Of a DNA stretch of 58,711 bases, positions 55,120 to 58,711 are shown piece by piece. This stretch comes from Alphaproteobacteria bacterium (GTDB lineage Archaea; Nanobdellota; Nanobdellia; Woesearchaeales; UBA9642). Position numbers and translations under genes: made by a program. Under the pieces are notes generated by a model that ran no database searches, was not told the origin of the DNA, and saw nothing but the letters and a program-made list of their open reading frames with translations. Each line of letters begins with the position of its first letter. The first letter of the stretch is position 1. Location of the stretch: NCBI GenBank assembly GCA_035626895.1, contig DASPMU010000108.1:1-58711 (forward strand). Direction: 5' to 3'.

Positions 55120-55923
55120 ATGGAAACATTAGAAAACAAAGTAACGGTAGAAAAAATCAATGAATTAGTTAATGAAGCTTTCGGAAAAGGGACTAAAGGA
55201 ACTTATTTCCACAAGCCAAGCCATGAACAAGGCCGTTACAAATTCTCAGAGATAAACCAATTGTGCCATCTGGGAAAAGAAACAATATTTTTAGGGATGC
55301 ATATTTCCGGAAATGTTTATGGAGTATTTGAAAGTCGAAAATATTCAGAATCGCCTGATGGATCAGAGTTATCAATCAGGCAATCATACATAAAAGAAGC
55401 AGAAAAATATGCAGAATTATATGAGGAAAAATACGGCAAGCCTGTCAAGATAAAAATTATTGGTGAAAATAGAATATCAACTTACTTTGAAAAAATAATC
55501 GGTGAGCAGTTCAATAGAGTAGAATTAGTAAATAGGCTAGTTGCAAAATCATTCGGCTTAGGATTTAGAGGAAATCTTTGGTGGACACATTTTGAAAAAC
55601 AAAAAGATGGATCATCTGTGAAAATATACAAGAGCGATCCTAGATTTTTGCTCGATATTGGAAGAAATGCTTCTTTGCTTGGCGGAGCATTCAACGACAC
55701 ATGGAGAAATTATGAAATTGTTGGATCATTCACAGATGAAAAAACAGGACACATTGACGGAACAGCACTTTCAGTGCATACTGAATACAAGCCTCAGGCA
55801 GAGAAATATGCAAAATTATTCAAGAAAAAAATAGGCATTGATGTATATATAGAAACATTTGATAAAGAGAATTATCCTAGTTTAATCGGTTCCAAAATAT
55901 TCAGACTAACGGAGAAAAAATGA
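55120..55923 (+). CDS. Unassigned-domain family protein (2 domains)
   Basis: The ATG at 55120 gives the same METLENK N-terminus as the previous gene. Domains end EAEKYAELYEEKYGKPVKIKI and QAEKYAKLFKKKIGIDVYIE. Confidence 0.5.
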   Translation: METLENKVTVEKINELVNEAFGKGTKGTYFHKPSHEQGRYKFSEINQLCHLGKETIFLGMHISGNVYGVFESRKYSESPDGSELSIRQSYIKEAEKYAELYEEKYGKPVKIKIIGENRISTYFEKIIGEQFNRVELVNRLVAKSFGLGFRGNLWWTHFEKQKDGSSVKIYKSDPRFLLDIGRNASLLGGAFNDTWRNYEIVGSFTDEKTGHIDGTALSVHTEYKPQAEKYAKLFKKKIGIDVYIETFDKENYPSLIGSKIFRLTEKK

Positions 55924-56609
55924 ATAATAAGCAAACAATAACACTAGACGATAAAATTGCGCAAATAAATGAATTAGTTACAGGCGCTTTCGGAAGGAAA
56001 TTTTTAGGCAATTATGATTTAGAAGAAACAAGAAATGGGCTTAAATGGAATGAGATAAATGCCTTAAAAAATATTGCCAGGGAAAGAAAAATATTTTCAT
56101 GGACATATAGTCTAAATGTTGCAGGACAATTTAAAAATCAAGATGGATCAGAAATTGAAATTCATGAATCATACGAATATGAAGCAAAAAAATATTCACA
56201 GTTTTATGAACAGAAATATGGCAAGCCAGCCAATATAAAATTAATTTTTAATCAATTTGATACAACTATCGACATGGTAAATCACCTAGTAGGAAAAGTT
56301 TTCGGACCGGATGTAACTGCAGACAACGATACTATATTTGATGAACATTGGTATATGAATTCAAATAGAGAGTTTACAAGAATCAAGTCAGATTATCCAA
56401 AAGAAATAAGAAAGGAAAATTCTTTTGTTAAGGCAAAAATAGGAGAATTTACAGAAGAAGATGGATCTGGATTGATTGTAAAAGAGAACTATCTTGAAGA
56501 AGCTCAGAAATATGCAGAATTATACGCTAAAAGAACAGGAAAAAAAGTAACAATCAAGACATACACTAAAGGTTATTCAATTCTCGACGACCCTGATTAT
56601 TCTTATTAA
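55920..56609 (+). CDS. Unassigned-domain family protein (2 domains)
   Basis: ATGA start/stop overlap with the previous gene. Domains end EAKKYSQFYEQKYGKPANIKL and EAQKYAELYAKRTGKKVTIKT. Confidence 0.5.
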   Translation: MNNKQTITLDDKIAQINELVTGAFGRKFLGNYDLEETRNGLKWNEINALKNIARERKIFSWTYSLNVAGQFKNQDGSEIEIHESYEYEAKKYSQFYEQKYGKPANIKLIFNQFDTTIDMVNHLVGKVFGPDVTADNDTIFDEHWYMNSNREFTRIKSDYPKEIRKENSFVKAKIGEFTEEDGSGLIVKENYLEEAQKYAELYAKRTGKKVTIKTYTKGYSILDDPDYSY

Positions 56610-56613
56610 GAAA

Positions 56614-57054
56614 TTACAATCCTTCTACTTGCTTGATTACGTCGAGAGATTCTTTCAATGCAACCTTTTCAGGCTCCCATGTCAATTTGCTCTTGATGTT
56701 GTCTAAAGCAGCCCATAGATAATTGTCGTGCTTCTTCTGATCAGCATAATGCTTTACTGGAATATTCATTGAAGCATTAATTACATAGAATTGGAATACG
56801 TGAGTATCCTGTCCGTCCTGGAATGCCTGCGTGCTGTTTAGTTTTCTAACCATCTTGGACTTTGCAATTCCTACTTGATCATCCATTAATCTTGCAACTG
56901 CCTGTTCTTCAGTTTCGCCATCGCGGATCAATGTTTTAGGGAATTCCCAGCCTCTCCAGCCTTCTATTCTCCTCAATATTAAGAAGTATAATTCTCCGTT
57001 GTTATCGTATATTATTACTTGTACACCTTTCTTTTCCATGCTATCACCTGACAT
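56614..57054 (-). CDS. Nudix-fold protein
   Basis: RGWEFPKTLIRDGETEEQAVARLMDDQVGI (Nudix-like box with D for E). The start may be MEKKG at 57039. Confidence 0.55.
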   Translation of the reverse strand: MSGDSMEKKGVQVIIYDNNGELYFLILRRIEGWRGWEFPKTLIRDGETEEQAVARLMDDQVGIAKSKMVRKLNSTQAFQDGQDTHVFQFYVINASMNIPVKHYADQKKHDNYLWAALDNIKSKLTWEPEKVALKESLDVIKQVEGL

Positions 57055-57195
57055 AAAATTACCTCATTTCACCCTTTTCAAGTAGAACCCATAAACCTTT
57101 TTTATATAGTTTTCGAATTTGCAAAGAAACAGGCAGCGCCAGCTACGAACCTTCGAAAAAAGAATCTTTTTAATCTCGAATGCTTGAAATCAATA

Positions 57196-57576
57196 ATGGC
57201 TGAAATGAAAACCATCAAGGGTTGGAATACACTCTTTAAAGATATGAGAGAAAGAATAACCAAAGAAAAAGAGATAAAGGCTACCGGCGGAAATAAATAC
57301 TTGCAGCTTGAAGCAAGACTGGGACATGACAAGACTGGCTCGATTAATGGAGATATTTCAGTTTATGCAATACAGACAATAAAAAATAAGGCTGAGGCAA
57401 AAGATTTCTATAAAGGCTTTGTTGAAGACGTGAAACAACATTCAGATAAATATCCAGCCACAATAATGGACGCAGAAGATTATGTCAAAAGTGATATATA
57501 CATGGCTTTGAATCTGAATTTTGCAGAGGATAAGACACATAAGCTTTGGTATAAGGTGTTAGGATTAAAGAAATAA
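57196..57576 (+). CDS. Hypothetical protein
   Basis: ATG at 57196, within the track's TTG-initiated ORF from 57184. No family recognised. Confidence 0.3.
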   Translation: MAEMKTIKGWNTLFKDMRERITKEKEIKATGGNKYLQLEARLGHDKTGSINGDISVYAIQTIKNKAEAKDFYKGFVEDVKQHSDKYPATIMDAEDYVKSDIYMALNLNFAEDKTHKLWYKVLGLKK

Positions 57577-57584
57577 TTGATAAT

Positions 57585-58592
57585 TCATTTAAGAAAAAGA
57601 TTGTTTGTGCGCAAACCATTATTTGGGAAAATCATCGGATCATCAATACCCTCAACAACAGAATATTGTTTTTTCTTGGCATATTCAAAAATTTCATCTA
57701 TTGAAATTTTATTGTTCTTATCAGTATCTGCTTCTTCAATATTACGAAATGCTCCATATAAATATCTCGGAAAAGATTCCGTGTTCTTGATTGTTGCTTC
57801 TTGATCTATTTTTGATGAAGCTATTCCTACAAAATTTTTCTTATTTGCAATGATTTTTGCAAAAGCTGCCCCATAGCATGCCCCCGTAGTGAATATTCCA
57901 AGCCCGGGCTTGATTTTAGAATATGATTCTTCAAATTCTAATTCAGTAAAATAATCTTTGTAATTATAATTCACTCCAGGTATCTTAAGAGCTGTCAAAA
58001 ATTCAAATTCCTCCGGAAGCAGTGGGCGAAGATAATTCCACATTAAATCTTGATGTTCTGATCTAATTACATCATAAACTGACTGTTTTTTCTGAGTCTG
58101 CTCTTCAGTAGAATCTTTTCTTGTATCTAAAATTTTTGCTCCGTGGGTAGTTATGTGGGTTAGAAAAATATCATTTGAATCTATCTTTGTTTCCAAATGG
58201 GAAAGAATTTTTTTAATATTTTCTCTTGTTGCCGTTGTATCAGACGGATAGATTAAATTTTCCCGGCCATATTCATCAAGTATGTATATATTTTCTTTTT
58301 TAAAATCCAATTCCAAGAGAATCTGATATATGAGACTAATATCTCGCATAAAGCGTTCATCATTTTCTCCCGCAATTAACAAAGCATATTTATCTTTTTT
58401 ATTGCTTGTTTTATTAGTTTTCTTTTCTTTCTCGAGTCTTTTATCAAATCTTGAAGGAAAAACATCATATACGGGAGGAGTATAGGTCGAATAGTCCGAT
58501 CTGGTAAATTGAGAATATGATTCATTGCTGAACATCAAGCTCCCAGCAAGCAAAATCCCTGCAAGGGTTTTGTGGATATAATTTTTTACCAC
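57585..58592 (-). CDS. Secreted clan CD (legumain/caspase-like, C13-type) cysteine peptidase with EF-hand/dockerin-like Ca loop
   Basis: Signal peptide. YALLIAGEN, His block LTHITTHGA, Cys block IFTTGACYGAAF, then DTDKNNKISIDEIFEYA. Confidence 0.55.
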   Translation of the reverse strand: MVKNYIHKTLAGILLAGSLMFSNESYSQFTRSDYSTYTPPVYDVFPSRFDKRLEKEKKTNKTSNKKDKYALLIAGENDERFMRDISLIYQILLELDFKKENIYILDEYGRENLIYPSDTTATRENIKKILSHLETKIDSNDIFLTHITTHGAKILDTRKDSTEEQTQKKQSVYDVIRSEHQDLMWNYLRPLLPEEFEFLTALKIPGVNYNYKDYFTELEFEESYSKIKPGLGIFTTGACYGAAFAKIIANKKNFVGIASSKIDQEATIKNTESFPRYLYGAFRNIEEADTDKNNKISIDEIFEYAKKKQYSVVEGIDDPMIFPNNGLRTNNLFLK

Positions 58593-58711
58593 ATTATAGT
58601 ATTTTCATATTTTTATTTAAATTTTATGAATATTATTACATCATCATACCATATATTATATAGTATCAAAAAATTTTATATTTTATGGATATTTTCTATA
58701 TAAATAAACTT

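Overview
This is an AT-rich, densely packed archaeal chromosome segment. Gene content suggests a small-genome, DPANN-type archaeon, but that is inference. Archaeal information-processing markers are clear in the translations: FEN1, PAN AAA ATPase, Hjc resolvase, tRNA-splicing endonuclease EndA, RNase Z, an Rpp30-like RNase P subunit, a Trm5-type methyltransferase, archaeal/eukaryal-type TrpRS and a fused PriS-PriL primase. They sit beside bacterial-looking genes: the gyrA 3' part, queA, an RsuA/RluB-type pseudouridine synthase and htpX-lemA. Many genes have a TTTATAAA-type TATA box about 20-30 nt before the ATG, implying leaderless mRNAs. Operon-internal genes instead have GGTGA/GGAGG-type SD sequences or overlap their neighbours. 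I recognised no rRNA, tRNA or CRISPR array. The accessory part is dominated by an 11,172-nt gene (29906-41077, minus) encoding a 3723-aa, Asn/Ser/Thr-rich surface protein built from parallel-beta-helix repeats. An upstream tandem-HTH gene overlaps its start. It faces a small secreted paralog of its own C-terminal module and is followed by two single-pass membrane proteins. The most unusual non-coding signal is a GC-rich, hairpin-ended element of about 105-165 nt that I cannot assign to a known family. It occurs four times (29611-29714 inverted, 29734-29898, 42759-42867, 48843-48953). It has an invariant palindromic core and a terminal stem maintained by paired changes. Other points worth a second look: a ~250-aa TIM-barrel-like domain inserted in the Trm5 catalytic domain; a protein whose 8 Cys all lie in a Ser/Gly/His/Cys-rich C-terminal tail, followed by a promoter-driven ~69-nt GAUGA-rich small RNA candidate; a ~1-kb non-coding, strand-asymmetric gap; four tandem genes holding six copies of an unassigned ~110-aa domain; and an overlapping secreted-nuclease/Nudix/Nudix/Hjc operon. 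Coordinates I counted by hand (repeats, motifs, alternative starts) may be off by 1-2 nt.
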